A DNA stretch of 64,000 bases from an uncultured Gemmatimonadales bacterium (GCA_963698975.1 CAVOSV010000003.1:517864-581863), one strand, 5' to 3'. Positions 1 through 10,536 are shown, counted from the stretch's first letter. The notes: generated by a model from the sequence alone, not told the origin. Numbers and translations are program-made.

Positions 1-100
1 CGCTTCAGGGCCAATCCCAATCCCTGACCCATTCTTCCAGCACCGATGATCGTCACTCTAGGCTGCGACAAGCGGTCTCCTTTGACTCGTAGCCTTACAC

Positions 101-141
101 TCTAATACAGAAGCCCGGCTGGCCATACCGGCCAACCGGGC
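101..141 (-). terminator. putative intrinsic terminator after the S41 peptidase gene
   Basis: Read on the minus strand: GCCCGGTTGGCC / GGCCAGCCGGGC 12-bp stem (one G-U pair), 5-nt loop, then TTCTGTATT. It starts about 25 nt past the stop codon at 167-169. Confidence 0.45.
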
Positions 142-166
142 CTGAGCGAGCAAATTACCGCTGAAG

Positions 167-1819
167 TTAGTTCTGCGCAGTTGCCGCCGGTGCCACTCCG
201 ACCCGCGCCAGGCTGAGAAGGTCCTTCGGAGTTGATGCCTTTCGCAGCAACCCAATGGCGGTCTGCATCTGCTGGTCACCGGCAGCCCGGCGGCGGAACT
301 CGGCTGGCCGGCCGAACACGTAACGGGCCACCTCGAAGCTGAGCTGCTCGTCGATCAGAGTGCCGGCACCCTGAAACACGGCGGAACTGACATCCACCTT
401 ATGCGCGCGGAGCCGCTCGTAGACCTGCTGCCGCATCTGGGGCGTGATCTTGAAGGATTCACTTGTTACGCTGTGATTCTTCTTCGCGTCCAGGGCAACC
501 GAAGTCAGGGCATCCTTGTACTGTGGCAAGCCGTTGCCCAGCGCCTTGGCGAATTCCCGCTCCGCTACGGTCAGGGTGTCCAGCCGAACTACCAGGTCAG
601 GAACGATCCCGCCGCCGCCCCGTACCACCCGGCCGGCGTCGGTATGGAAGATGGGCCGCTCCTTCAAGGCCGAGTCAGTCGACTCCTTGTCCGGCGCATT
701 CAGCACCGTATCTGCCACCACCGCCATTGCGGCCTGAGTGGCCTGGTCTTCTTCGTCCTTGGCTATCCGCTGGATGGTGCGGCCGCTCGGCGTAAACCAG
801 CGGGCGGTGGTGAGCTTCAGTGCCACGCCTTCTCCCAGCGGGAAGAGTGTCTGCACCAGCCCCTTGCCGAAGGTCGGCGCCCCCACCACGACAGCACGGT
901 CATGGTCCTGCAGCGCACCGGCGATGATCTCGGCTGCGCTGGCGGTTCCATCGTTCACCAGCACGATGATAGGAAGGTCCGGCCACACCTGTCGGGCTTC
1001 GTCGAAGAACTCCTTCGTCGACCCGCGCGCCCGGCCTCGCGTGGAGACGATCTCCTGCCGCGTGTCGAGGAACAAATCGGCGACCTTGACGCCCTGGTCC
1101 AGCAGCCCGCCAGGATTGCCTCGCAGATCCATGATGAGCGATTTCATGCCTTTGCTCTTCATGGCGGAGATTTCCTGCCGCAGCTCCTCCGCGGACGTTT
1201 CACTCACCGGGTTGAGCGAGATGTAGCCTACGCCAGCACCGAACATGGTTCCCGGCGGCACTGACCGCATGTGAATCTGGGCCCGGGTGAGCTTGTACTT
1301 GATAGGGTCGGTAATACCGGCGCGACGAATGGTGATCGCGATTCTGGAGCCCGCGTCGCCCCGGAGAGCCTTGACCGCCTGATCGTTCTTCCAGCCCTCG
1401 GTAGACTTGCCGTCCACCTCGATGATCTGATCGCCGGTCTCGATGCCGGCTCTCTCGGCCGGAGTCTCGGGCAGCGGAGCCACCACCGTAATCCAGCCGT
1501 CTCTCACGTCGATCTGAATGCCCAGACCAGCGTAGTTCCCTGAGGTTTGCTCGGTAAGTGCTTTATAGTCGTCGCCCGTCAGCAGCACCGAGTAGGGGTC
1601 CTTGAGCTGTTCCAGCATCCCGCGGGTCGCCTTCTGGTAGAGATCGGTCTCCCCAATGGAGTCGACGTAGTAGGTGCTGACGTGACCCAGCACGTCATCG
1701 AATAGCCGAGCCTGCTGGTACACGTTGCCGTCGCTGGCCACGCCCCGTTGCAACAGCCAGCCGCCGCTGAAGAACGAGATGACCGCGACCAGACCAATCA
1801 CACCCCAGCGCTGCTTCAT
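167..1819 (-). CDS. C-terminal processing peptidase, S41 family, with PDZ domain
   Basis: ORF 167..1876. PDZ-like segment GIETGDQIIEVDGKSTEGW and S41 core IIVLVNDGTASAAEIIAGALQDHDRAVVVGAPTFGKGLVQ. Start moved to MKQRWGVIGLVAVISFF (signal anchor), ATG at 1819. Confidence 0.85.
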   Translation of the reverse strand: MKQRWGVIGLVAVISFFSGGWLLQRGVASDGNVYQQARLFDDVLGHVSTYYVDSIGETDLYQKATRGMLEQLKDPYSVLLTGDDYKALTEQTSGNYAGLGIQIDVRDGWITVVAPLPETPAERAGIETGDQIIEVDGKSTEGWKNDQAVKALRGDAGSRIAITIRRAGITDPIKYKLTRAQIHMRSVPPGTMFGAGVGYISLNPVSETSAEELRQEISAMKSKGMKSLIMDLRGNPGGLLDQGVKVADLFLDTRQEIVSTRGRARGSTKEFFDEARQVWPDLPIIVLVNDGTASAAEIIAGALQDHDRAVVVGAPTFGKGLVQTLFPLGEGVALKLTTARWFTPSGRTIQRIAKDEEDQATQAAMAVVADTVLNAPDKESTDSALKERPIFHTDAGRVVRGGGGIVPDLVVRLDTLTVAEREFAKALGNGLPQYKDALTSVALDAKKNHSVTSESFKITPQMRQQVYERLRAHKVDVSSAVFQGAGTLIDEQLSFEVARYVFGRPAEFRRRAAGDQQMQTAIGLLRKASTPKDLLSLARVGVAPAATAQN

Positions 1820-1951
1820 ATCTGCCTCCACTCCCGCAGAATAGCTGACACAGTTCACCCACCCTGGTGAGGCCATTCCTCACGTCGAGACCTGTTCTGT
1901 ACCGGGAATTCGGCGCGGGGGCCGACGGTTACAGCGCGGATCTATATAGGG

Positions 1952-2593
1952 TTAGCCTACCGCAACTCGAAAGATTTCCGGTGCGGCAGCCCGCACCTCC
2001 GACCAGGCCGCCTGCAAGAGCTGGTCCGGCGGAAGGCGTCCGTCTAAATGTCGCACCCCTGGACCCCGAACCGCCAGGTAGTAATCCACGACTCGGCGAT
2101 GGAACTCCAGGCTTTCCTTGTCCAACCGATCCTGCCTCTTGCCTGCCGCTATCTGCCGCTCCTGTCCCAGCTCAGGCGCGAGATCCAGAATCAGAGTGAG
2201 GTCCGGATCGACGTCTTGCATCGCGGCCCGGTTGGCCATGCGGACCAGGGAGGGATCGAGTCCCCGTCCCGCCATTTGATAGGCTTCGGTCGAGAGCGAA
2301 TAACGATCCGAGAGGACCACCTTCCCTGCTGCAAGCGCCGGCCGGATTACGGTATGAACCAGGTCCGACCGCGCGGCGAGATACAGGAACAGCTCCGCGA
2401 GTGGTCCCACGGAGTGGGCCGGATCGAGCAGGGCCTGGCGAGCTGCTTCGGCCGCTCGGGTACCACCCGGCTCACGCACCACGACAGGGTCTACTTGGGA
2501 CTCCCGCATGCGCTCAGCCAGCGGTTTCAGCAACGTGGACTTGCCCGAGCCTTCAGGTCCTTCCAGCACCACGAAGAAGCCGGCGCGGCTCAT
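1952..2593 (-). CDS. tmk: thymidylate kinase
   Basis: Last 213 aa of the artificially long ORF 1952..3145. P-loop FFVVLEGPEGSGKST and LSDRY motif. ATG at 2593 overlaps the upstream stop (ATGA). Confidence 0.85.
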   Translation of the reverse strand: MSRAGFFVVLEGPEGSGKSTLLKPLAERMRESQVDPVVVREPGGTRAAEAARQALLDPAHSVGPLAELFLYLAARSDLVHTVIRPALAAGKVVLSDRYSLSTEAYQMAGRGLDPSLVRMANRAAMQDVDPDLTLILDLAPELGQERQIAAGKRQDRLDKESLEFHRRVVDYYLAVRGPGVRHLDGRLPPDQLLQAAWSEVRAAAPEIFRVAVG

Positions 2594-2943
2594 CCCAGTG
2601 TGATGATGCTGCTGGCTGCGCCCTTGTCCATGCCCTCGCTGATCTGCTGATTGACCTTCTGCATCAGCTTCTCGAAGTTCGAGCGTGCCACTACGTAAGC
2701 CTGCCCGGTGGGACTCATCTCGAGGTCGCGCACCGCAGCCTCGTACGCCTCGGCGGTTGCCTGATCGGGCATTTGGCCGGTGGAGACAGCGTGGTCCACT
2801 TTGCGCGCGAGGGTCTGGATCTGGTCGAGTTTGGTCACCGTCTCCTTGTCTTCTCGCAAGGACGTCTCTGCTCGTCTGAGAGCCTGGTATTCCGCGGACT
2901 GGCCGATCAACCGTCCCAAGTCCTGTGCCTTGTCCCAGATCAC
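2590..2943 (-). CDS. YlbF/YmcA-like (UPF0342-like) helical protein
   Basis: In-frame GTG at 2943 overlaps the prmC stop (GTGA), giving 117 aa starting VIWDKAQDLGRLIGQSAEYQALRRAE. The upstream part of ORF 2590..3084 overlaps prmC and is discounted. Family call is from general resemblance only. Confidence 0.45.
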   Translation of the reverse strand: MIWDKAQDLGRLIGQSAEYQALRRAETSLREDKETVTKLDQIQTLARKVDHAVSTGQMPDQATAEAYEAAVRDLEMSPTGQAYVVARSNFEKLMQKVNQQISEGMDKGAASSIITLG

Positions 2944-3800
2944 CGTGTATCGCTCCTCTGCGCGAGCAGATACCGCTCGCGTCCAAATAGGTCCAGATGC
3001 AGGCTGACATTCTGCCAGCCGTTGCGTGAGGCCAGAGTGGCCGCCGCATTTGCCCGGCTGCAGTCCAGCTCCAACGCCATCCATCCGCCGGGACGAACGC
3101 AGACCCGCCCCTCTCGTAGCAGCCGGGTGGTCTGTTCCATACCATCGGCCCCGGCTATCAGAGCCAGCGCCGGTTCCCAGTCTCGCACTGACGGATCCAG
3201 ACGCTCGTACTCGTTCAGCGTAAGATAGGGTGGATTGGAGATCATTGCGTCAAGCGATCCTGGGGCGATAGAGGTCGCCAGATCGCCGCGAACGAAGTGA
3301 ACCGTCCCAGGTGCGCCAACCAGCTGATGATTCAGCCGGGCAAGCGCCAGCGCTTCGCCCGAAGAGTCCAGGGCGAGAATACTCCCGAATTCCCCCTCGT
3401 CTGCCAGGCTCAGCGCGATGCAGCCACTGCCGGTTCCCACATCGGCCACGCTTCCATTGCGAACCCGCTGAAGCAGCAGCTCCACCAACCCTTCCGTCTC
3501 CGGCCGAGGTATCAGCGCTCGGCCATCGATCTCCAGCGTCAGATGGCGAAAGCCCACTTTCCCGGTGACGTGGGGTAGCGGCTCGCCCGCGGCGCGGCGG
3601 CGGATGGCGTCACGGTAGAACGCCACTCGTTGGAGATCCACGACCACGCCGCTGCTGAGCAGCGACTCGCCCAGGGAAATGCCCTGGAGCTCGGCCCAGA
3701 TTCGAAGGGCCTGCCGACGGGCGTCGGCGACGCCGGCGCTGCCCAGGAAGTCGGTACCTTCCGCCACCAGCACCGCCGACGAGAGGGCCAGCTCAGGCAT
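2940..3800 (-). CDS. prmC: release factor glutamine N5-methyltransferase
   Basis: NPPY motif (ISNPPYL) and SAM-binding VADVGTGSGCIAL. Lies immediately downstream of prfA with an 8-nt overlap. Confidence 0.85.
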   Translation of the reverse strand: MPELALSSAVLVAEGTDFLGSAGVADARRQALRIWAELQGISLGESLLSSGVVVDLQRVAFYRDAIRRRAAGEPLPHVTGKVGFRHLTLEIDGRALIPRPETEGLVELLLQRVRNGSVADVGTGSGCIALSLADEGEFGSILALDSSGEALALARLNHQLVGAPGTVHFVRGDLATSIAPGSLDAMISNPPYLTLNEYERLDPSVRDWEPALALIAGADGMEQTTRLLREGRVCVRPGGWMALELDCSRANAAATLASRNGWQNVSLHLDLFGRERYLLAQRSDTR

Positions 3801-4851
3801 CCACCAGCTCCTGCCGGCTCGCCATCCGGAGTGCGGTGATCATGTCATCCAGATTGCCATTCAGGACTTCGGGCAGGTTGTGCACCGAGAGATTGATCCG
3901 ATGATCGGTGATCCGGCTCTGAGGGAAGTTGTACGTCCGAATTTTGGCCGAGCGATCGCCAGTGCCCACCATGCCCCGCCGATCGCGGGAGCGCGCAGCC
4001 TCCTGCTCGGCCAGCATGCGGTCGAGCAGCCGGGCGCGAAGCACCTCCATCGCCTTGATTTTGTTCTGTAGCTGGGACTTCTGATCCTGCTGACTGACCA
4101 CGACGCCCGTAGGCAGATGGGTGATCCGTACAGCACTGTCAGTGGTGTTCACGCTCTGGCCCCCGGGACCGGATGAGCGGAACACGTCGATCTTTAGATC
4201 CTGGGGCTCGATCTTGATGTCGACTTCCTCGGCCTCGGGAAGCACCGCTACCGTGGCGGCGGACGTGTGAATTCGTCCCTGGGTCTCTGTCGCTGGTACT
4301 CGCTGCACTCGATGCACTCCGGACTCCCGGCGCAGAAGCCCGTAAGCCTCATCCCCACGAACGGCGACGATCGCCTCCTTGATGCCTCCCAGCAAACCGT
4401 CACTCACCGAGATCGGTTCCCACTTGAGACCATGGCGCTCGCTGAAGCGCTGGTACATCCGGTAGAGGTCGGCGGCAAACAAGGCGGCCTCATCACCCCC
4501 GGTGCCGGCCCGGATCTCCATGATGGCGTCGCGGTCATCGTGCGGATCGCGGGGGAGCAGTAGCTCGTGCAGCTCCTCGGTCAGGGCAGAGATTTCGTCG
4601 GGAAGTCGAGCCAGGTCAGCTTTAGCGAGCGCTACCAGCTCAGGATCGGATTCGGAGGCCAGCTCCCGTGCCTGGTCGAGGTCCCGCTGGAGGCGGGCCA
4701 GACGTTCAGCCAACTTGACGACGGGAGCCAATCGGGTGTGTTCTCGACCGAGCGACCGGAGCTTGCTCGGATCTTTTGCTGTGGCGGGGTCTGCCAAGGC
4801 CTGGCCGACTTCATCCGCCCGCGTCAGTGCCTGGCGGAGCCGGGCCTCCAT
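3793..4851 (-). CDS. prfA: peptide chain release factor 1
   Basis: GGQ motif (SSGPGGQSVNTTDSAVRITHLPTG) and RF1-type PAT tripeptide (VQRVPATETQGRIHTS). Confidence 0.95.
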   Translation of the reverse strand: MEARLRQALTRADEVGQALADPATAKDPSKLRSLGREHTRLAPVVKLAERLARLQRDLDQARELASESDPELVALAKADLARLPDEISALTEELHELLLPRDPHDDRDAIMEIRAGTGGDEAALFAADLYRMYQRFSERHGLKWEPISVSDGLLGGIKEAIVAVRGDEAYGLLRRESGVHRVQRVPATETQGRIHTSAATVAVLPEAEEVDIKIEPQDLKIDVFRSSGPGGQSVNTTDSAVRITHLPTGVVVSQQDQKSQLQNKIKAMEVLRARLLDRMLAEQEAARSRDRRGMVGTGDRSAKIRTYNFPQSRITDHRINLSVHNLPEVLNGNLDDMITALRMASRQELVDA

Positions 4852-4854
4852 GCT

Positions 4855-5076
4855 TTACGCCTTGGGCGTTGCGGCCGGCTCGGTCTGATACTTCCGGCGG
4901 AACCGGTCTACCCGGCCGGCGGTGTCCACCAGGCGCTGCTTGCCGGTAAAGAAGGGATGGCACTGGGCGCACACTTCGACGTGGATCGACGCGGCCGTCG
5001 AGCGCGTCTCGAACTGATTCCCGCAGGCGCACTGCACCATCAGCTTGCGGTAATTGGGATGGATATCGGCCTTCAT
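4855..5076 (-). CDS. rpmE: 50S ribosomal protein L31
   Basis: Last 73 aa of ORF 4855..5265: [26 protein letters not shown]...[13 protein letters not shown] (Cys-containing L31 type). Confidence 0.9.
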   Translation of the reverse strand: MKADIHPNYRKLMVQCACGNQFETRSTAASIHVEVCAQCHPFFTGKQRLVDTAGRVDRFRRKYQTEPAATPKA

Positions 5077-5195
5077 TGCTGCTCCATGGTGATTGCTAAG
5101 CCCAGTAATGTAGCGGGGATGGTCATAGGATGGGAGGGTCGGGATGATCATAACCTTCTGTCCCTCCCAACTTTCCCTTCCTCCCGCCTTTTCAA

Positions 5196-5224
5196 TTGAC
5201 ACGATCACCAGCCCCAAGTATGCT
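5196..5224 (+). promoter_or_regulatory. sigma-70-type promoter candidate for the Crp/Fnr gene
   Basis: TTGACA (5196-5201), a 17-nt spacer, then TATGCT (5219-5224), about 50 nt upstream of the ATG at 5274. Confidence 0.5.
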
Positions 5225-5273
5225 CTACCCAAACACTTCCACGTCCTGCGAGGCACGAGTGCCACTGTCCCCG

Positions 5274-5936
5274 ATGGAGGTCCTCCGTAAGGTCCCCCTC
5301 TTCTCCGGACTGAGCGAAGCCGACCTCGCCGCGTTCGCGGATCTTACCCGGGAACGCAGCTATCCCAAGGGCAGCGTCATCGTTTTCGAAGATGATCCGG
5401 GAGACGCCCTCTTCCTTGTCGCCGCGGGTCAGGTCAAGGTAGTGCTCATCGCAGAGGATGGCCGTGAGGTCATCCTCTCGGTGCTTGGAGAAGGAAGTTT
5501 CTTCGGCGAGATGGCCGTGATCGACGAAGAGCCCCGCTCTGCGCACGTCATTGCCATGGATGATTCCAGTCTGCTGGTGCTCAGGCGGGAAGACTTCCAG
5601 GCCCGGCTGCGTAATTCACCCGAGGTGGCGATCTCGCTCCTGAAAGAGATCTCGCGTCGGCTCCGCCGAGCCGACGAAAAGATCGGAAGTCTCGTTCTGC
5701 TCGATGTCAACGGCCGGGTTGCCCATCTCCTGCTCAGGATGGCGGAAGACGAGGGAGGCGACCGGATCACCCGCAAGCTGACCCACCATACCATCGCTCA
5801 GATGATTGGATCCAGCCGGGAGACGGTTTCCCGGACTATGCGTAACCTCGTCGAGCGCGGCATCATCCAGGTCACCCGTAAAGACATCACCCTCAAAGAT
5901 CGCCGCTCCCTGATGCTGGCCGCCCGGAGGGCGTGA
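5274..5936 (+). CDS. Crp/Fnr family transcriptional regulator
   Basis: Starts [18 protein letters not shown]. cNMP-binding fold ([19 protein letters not shown]) plus C-terminal HTH ([16 protein letters not shown]). Confidence 0.8.
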   Translation: MEVLRKVPLFSGLSEADLAAFADLTRERSYPKGSVIVFEDDPGDALFLVAAGQVKVVLIAEDGREVILSVLGEGSFFGEMAVIDEEPRSAHVIAMDDSSLLVLRREDFQARLRNSPEVAISLLKEISRRLRRADEKIGSLVLLDVNGRVAHLLLRMAEDEGGDRITRKLTHHTIAQMIGSSRETVSRTMRNLVERGIIQVTRKDITLKDRRSLMLAARRA

Positions 5937-6032
5937 GCATCGTCACCAACGGGCCGTGATTGTTGGCACGGCTGAGCTCCCGCAGACGCGGAGAGGTTGC
6001 GGCATAGCCCCGCACCGGCTGCTGGAGTCGCG

Positions 6033-6899
6033 ATGACACATGAGGTGACGTTCTGGGGTACCCGCGGCTCGATCCCGACTCCCGGGCCCGAGACCGCACG
6101 TTACGGCGGCAATACCGCTTGCATCAGCATTACCGGACCCGACAACCGGCTGGTCATTCTCGATGCCGGCAGTGGACTGCGTCCGCTCGGCCATATGCTG
6201 ATGAAGCAGCGGAACGGGATTCTGTCCGCTGATATCCTCCTGTCCCATACCCACTGGGATCACATTCAGGGCCTGCCGTTCTTCAAGCCATTCAGCTCCA
6301 GAGAAACATCGGTCGTCATCTACGGAGCTCCACAGGAGGGCGTGCCGCTCAAGGAGATCCTGGGCCGGCAGATGGATCCGATGGTCTTTCCGGTACCGCT
6401 GAACGCGCTGGCGGCCTCTTTGATGGTGGTGGAGATCGAGGAAGGTGAATTCGAGATCGACGGCTTCAATGTCTGTGCGCTTCGGCTGCGACATCCCGGC
6501 ACCACGCTCGGCTACCGGTTGGTCCCCACTTCAGGTGGCCGGCAGCTCGCCTATGTCACCGATAACGAGCTGGGTCCGGGAGGAAACTACGAGGTCACGC
6601 CAGATTGGCGCAGCAAGATGGTAAAGTTCATCCAGGGCGCCGACACCCTGGTTCACGACGCGATGTACCTCGACCAGATCATCCAGGCCCGCGCCGGATG
6701 GGGCCATTCGACCCCGCGGCAGGCGGTTGACCTTGCCCGGGAAGGATGCTGTCGCCGGCTGATCCTGTTCCATCACGAGCCTGAGCACGATGACGACGCG
6801 CTGGACCGTCTGGTCGAGGAGACGAGGAAGTACGCGGCTCAGGTTGCTCCGACGCTCGAGGTCGAGGCCGCGGTCGAAGGACTCAGCTTTGGTTTGTGA
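6033..6899 (+). CDS. MBL-fold metallo-hydrolase
   Basis: HxHxDH motif (LLSHTHWDHIQG) with later His/Asp ligands (VHDAMY, HSTP). Start taken at MTHEVTFWGTRGS. Confidence 0.75.
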   Translation: MTHEVTFWGTRGSIPTPGPETARYGGNTACISITGPDNRLVILDAGSGLRPLGHMLMKQRNGILSADILLSHTHWDHIQGLPFFKPFSSRETSVVIYGAPQEGVPLKEILGRQMDPMVFPVPLNALAASLMVVEIEEGEFEIDGFNVCALRLRHPGTTLGYRLVPTSGGRQLAYVTDNELGPGGNYEVTPDWRSKMVKFIQGADTLVHDAMYLDQIIQARAGWGHSTPRQAVDLAREGCCRRLILFHHEPEHDDDALDRLVEETRKYAAQVAPTLEVEAAVEGLSFGL

Positions 6900-8167
6900 C
6901 CCAAACTCCACACCGCGGCCGCAATTCCGGCGTGCGCCGGAAGCGCAAGAGCAATAACCGACTGGTTCACTTGATAGAACGGCGGCAGTGACTTGAGCAG
7001 GAGACCCAGCAGGGAAATCGCAGCGACTGCCATGGCCAGGAACAGGGTAGCTCGGGCAAAACGGGTTGAGCCGAACGCCAACCGAGTCACCAGCCAGATC
7101 AGCGGTACGGCCAGCAGATCGAACTGAAGCACGTTTTCGTTCCGATAGGCAGCAGCATGATCGGTCAGTCCCCACAGCCCCGCCAGCACCAGCCCCCCCA
7201 GCCCACTGAGCACAAGCCAGCTCCACGTCACCGCCAGAAATCCCGCACGCGCAAGGCCGGACGTTCTCGCCCGCCGGGCCAGGGCCAGGGCAGCACCGCC
7301 GATGCCCAGGCCAGCAAGCAGATACCACAGGGTCCAGGAGGGAGGAGTTGCGGAAGGCTCCGGCTCGGTGGACTGGAACAGGGTCCGCTCGGACCGGACC
7401 AGCGGAACACTGCGCCCATCGGATCCGGTCACCCGAATGCGTCGAACATGCGCCCGCATGGCCAGTGGTAAAAACATCTCCTCCCATTGTGAGATGGTAC
7501 GATCAACCGGCTGCCCCAGCGCGAGCAGAAGGCCGGTGTAAATCGGAGGATCGTTGGTGGTCAGCCGCTGCGTGTGAAAGCGGTAGGTCTTCCCGCTGGG
7601 CGTCGACCCGGTAGCCGCGCGGATTGCACCGCCGAGTGCCCGGTCCAGCGCGTCGCGTACCCGAGTAGAGCAGTTGTCCCGATAGTAGTCGTAGTGGTAG
7701 AAGCGATTCTCCGGCAGCTCGTTCCACTCCAGGAATTGCTGCAGCTCGCGCCGCGCCCCAGGTGGTATTTCCAGCTCTTGAACCCAAACCGAGCGGTTGG
7801 CTCTTCGGTAGGACTCGACGTAGGACTGGGCCGGGTATCCCCGCATCCAGTACCACATCCGTCCCTGAACAAAGCGGAGGAGAAAGTTCTGCTGGTGAAA
7901 ATCGAAGAGACCATAATTGTAGGTCTGATCGGTTCCATGGATGGGATCGTGGATCCAGATGGCGTTGTGGCCGAACCGCTCCCACACGTACTTGCCGGGA
8001 CCCATGGTCATGAGGTAGACGGTCAGTCCGGTCTCCGGCGGGGCAGCGGGGCGGCGGGGCGGCGGGGCGGTTCGCTGAGCCTGAAGCGATGTAGCCAGTG
8101 AAACAATCAGGAGGGCCGTCAAAGTCAGACTGCCCCGCTGCCCCGCTGCCCCGCTGCCTCGCCTCAC
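6839..8167 (-). CDS. DUF4105-type periplasmic domain protein with C-terminal membrane segment
   Basis: Signal peptide, then GHNAIWIHDP and YNYGLFDF motifs as I recall them for DUF4105 (Lnb N-terminal domain). The C-terminal ~150 aa is hydrophobic. GTG start overlaps the upstream stop (GTGA). Confidence 0.6.
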   Translation of the reverse strand: MRRGSGAAGQRGSLTLTALLIVSLATSLQAQRTAPPPRRPAAPPETGLTVYLMTMGPGKYVWERFGHNAIWIHDPIHGTDQTYNYGLFDFHQQNFLLRFVQGRMWYWMRGYPAQSYVESYRRANRSVWVQELEIPPGARRELQQFLEWNELPENRFYHYDYYRDNCSTRVRDALDRALGGAIRAATGSTPSGKTYRFHTQRLTTNDPPIYTGLLLALGQPVDRTISQWEEMFLPLAMRAHVRRIRVTGSDGRSVPLVRSERTLFQSTEPEPSATPPSWTLWYLLAGLGIGGAALALARRARTSGLARAGFLAVTWSWLVLSGLGGLVLAGLWGLTDHAAAYRNENVLQFDLLAVPLIWLVTRLAFGSTRFARATLFLAMAVAAISLLGLLLKSLPPFYQVNQSVIALALPAHAGIAAAVWSLGHKPKLSPSTAASTSSVGAT

Positions 8168-9198
8168 AACTCCACATCTCGTTTATCGAAGGCTGAGCGA
8201 TAGATGCCGTCGAGCACCTTGTGCAGGGTGAGGTGTTCCTTGAGCGCGGGCAGCTTGGCGTCTCCCGCGATCCCAGCCTGGAAGTGCGCCCACTCGGCAC
8301 GGTAGGATGCGGTGAATGCGTTCTCCCGTCCCACCGACCCGGTGGGCGAGACGTCAACCGCCATCCCGTGGAGCTCCTTCCAGACATTCAGCGGATTGAT
8401 GCCCGCGGTTCCCTTGCTGCCTCTGAGCCCCACACCGAAACGCTCGCCTTCGCCCAGGTGCCGCCACGTCACATCCACAAACAGCGACATCCCATTCTCA
8501 CAGATGACAAAAGCGCTTCCGGACTGCTCCACGGACCGGTCCTTCGCGACCGGATCGAGACTGGCGCTGACCCGGACCGGGACGGCGTTGCCTCCCAGCC
8601 AGAGTCCCAAATCGAGGATCGACAGTCCCAGGTCGAGCATCGCTCCGCCACCCGACTGCTCCTTGCGCTGTCGCCAGCCCAGTGGCGTGCGCCCCGGGCG
8701 GAAGACGTGCCAGCTTCCCCGAACGCTCTCGATGGTCCCGAGCTCTCCGCTCTGAATGAAGCTGCGCACGATCTGCACGTCGGGACGGTAGCGGTGATTC
8801 ATGCCCACCATCACCACGCGGTCGCGCTTCTCCACCGCCTTCAGGATGCGCTGCGCACTGGTGGCCGACATCGCGAGTGGCTTCTCCACCAGGACGTGGA
8901 GATTGGCCGACAACGCCGCTTGAATGTGGGACTCATGCAGATGGGTGGGCGAGCAGATGACCACGGCATCGAGCTCCTCGTAACGCAGCAGCTCCTCGAT
9001 GTCGTCGAAAGCGTCCTTCACTCCGAACCGGTCGGCCAGAGCTCGAGCCTTGGGCAGATCGATGTCGCAGATGGCGAGCACCTCGACCGTGCGCATTTTC
9101 TTGAGCACGGGCAAATGGGCCACCTGGGCAATCGCCCCGCCCCCGATGACCCCTACCTTGAGCCGCTCGCCGGCGGCTGCGCTGCGACCGGCAGTCAT
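8164..9198 (-). CDS. Gfo/Idh/MocA family oxidoreductase
   Basis: N-terminal Rossmann fold (KVGVIGGGAIAQVAHLPVL) and LVEKPLA motif. Confidence 0.8.
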   Translation of the reverse strand: MTAGRSAAAGERLKVGVIGGGAIAQVAHLPVLKKMRTVEVLAICDIDLPKARALADRFGVKDAFDDIEELLRYEELDAVVICSPTHLHESHIQAALSANLHVLVEKPLAMSATSAQRILKAVEKRDRVVMVGMNHRYRPDVQIVRSFIQSGELGTIESVRGSWHVFRPGRTPLGWRQRKEQSGGGAMLDLGLSILDLGLWLGGNAVPVRVSASLDPVAKDRSVEQSGSAFVICENGMSLFVDVTWRHLGEGERFGVGLRGSKGTAGINPLNVWKELHGMAVDVSPTGSVGRENAFTASYRAEWAHFQAGIAGDAKLPALKEHLTLHKVLDGIYRSAFDKRDVEL

Positions 9199-9210
9199 AG
9201 CACCTCCTCC

Positions 9211-10536
9211 TCAGTAGCGGCGAGTCAGGCTGGTACCGGGAAAGTAGGCCGCCAGAATCTGCGCATACCCCTGCCCCGCCCGAGCTCGGCCGACCGCGCC
9301 CCACTGACAGAACCCCACACCGTGCCCCGCTCCCTGGCCGTCTACCGCGAGATGTGACACCCTCCCTCCACCGCCGCTGGCCTGCAGGGTGAACGCGTTA
9401 CTTCGGAGCAGCTCGCCGTTCGCCGGCCGGAGGACCTGTCGGATGGCGAGACCATCGACTCGCACTTCGGGACCCCCAAGCCCGATGGCGAGTTGATCGA
9501 CTCGGCCGGATGGTGTGCGCCGCGCCACCCGGATATCGCTCACCTGCCGGACCAGCTCTTTCCGGATGCCGGTCACAGGTGGAAGATTTCGCTCCAACGT
9601 GGCCCGAAGCGACTGGTCACTCCACTCCTCGTGCCAACGGTAGCGGGGAGAGATGCTGCAGTACACTGCTCCATGTTCATCCTGGTCCGCGATGGAACGA
9701 AGATAGGTCTGAGCGGCGCCGTGAAAGACTTCGGCACCTTCGGCGGTTCTCCCCCCGCAGGTGGAATAGAAGAACGTCTCGGCCGGCGCGCCGTTGTACG
9801 TCACCAGAATGCCGCGTGTAGCAGCAACGGCAGCCCTGCCCTGGGGTGTCTCGAACAGAACTCCGCCATATACCTGATCGGAAACGCCGGCGGTGAGGTC
9901 GAACCCCTGGGCCTTCCGTTTTCCCATGTTGCGCAGCGCGAAGGTGCGCGACACCACCGCTTGAGCCTCGAGTGCCGCCTGCTCGTTCGGGCTTCGGTGG
10001 CCCATCTCGGCGGAGACCACGCCGTCCACATAGGCTTCCAGACCGAGGCGGTTCACCACGGTGATGCCCGCTGCATCGCGCAGCAGGTCGGCGGTTCCGC
10101 GATAGGGCTTTCCGTTGATCCAGATCGGATCCGATGGACCATTCGCCACGAGCACCATGGCCTCGAGCGCCGGCGAGATCCAGCCTCCCGCACCGAGCAG
10201 CATCAGCTTGTCTCCGGAGGTGGCAACCGTCCAGGCGTGCCCCGCGGGTATGGTGGTGACGCGGACGCCATCGGGCTCACTCACCGACAGACCCTCGTGG
10301 GCGCCGACACTGACTCGCTGCGCTCCCACCAGAATACCAATCCGGATCTCGGGGTCGCGCCGCATGGCACTGGGTTCGGACGGCTGGGGCCGCGCCGGCC
10401 GCGCTGGAGGAGCGGACGGCGCTGAAGGAACCGGCCGCGCTGGAGGAACCGAGCCCGAGACGCAGCTCGCGATCAGGCCGAGCAGCAGCGGGAAGCTCCG
10501 CCGGATCGCGGGGGCGTCAGCCGCGGTAGTTGCCAA
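9211..10536 (-). CDS. SpoIID/LytB domain-containing lipoprotein
   Basis: Lipobox LIASC. SpoIID-like segments AVVSRTFALRN and FFYSTCGGRTAEGAEVF. Confidence 0.75.
   Translation of the reverse strand: MATTAADAPAIRRSFPLLLGLIASCVSGSVPPARPVPSAPSAPPARPARPQPSEPSAMRRDPEIRIGILVGAQRVSVGAHEGLSVSEPDGVRVTTIPAGHAWTVATSGDKLMLLGAGGWISPALEAMVLVANGPSDPIWINGKPYRGTADLLRDAAGITVVNRLGLEAYVDGVVSAEMGHRSPNEQAALEAQAVVSRTFALRNMGKRKAQGFDLTAGVSDQVYGGVLFETPQGRAAVAATRGILVTYNGAPAETFFYSTCGGRTAEGAEVFHGAAQTYLRSIADQDEHGAVYCSISPRYRWHEEWSDQSLRATLERNLPPVTGIRKELVRQVSDIRVARRTPSGRVDQLAIGLGGPEVRVDGLAIRQVLRPANGELLRSNAFTLQASGGGGRVSHLAVDGQGAGHGVGFCQWGAVGRARAGQGYAQILAAYFPGTSLTRRY

Noticed and set aside
1-100. A possible partial gene or RNA at the extreme 5' end
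   Set aside because: No open frame with coding features and no recognisable RNA motif. The segment is too short to judge.
1952-3145. 397-aa ORF as one protein
   Set aside because: Only the last 213 aa (thymidylate kinase) are credible. The N-terminal part overlaps the ylbF-like and prmC genes in another frame.
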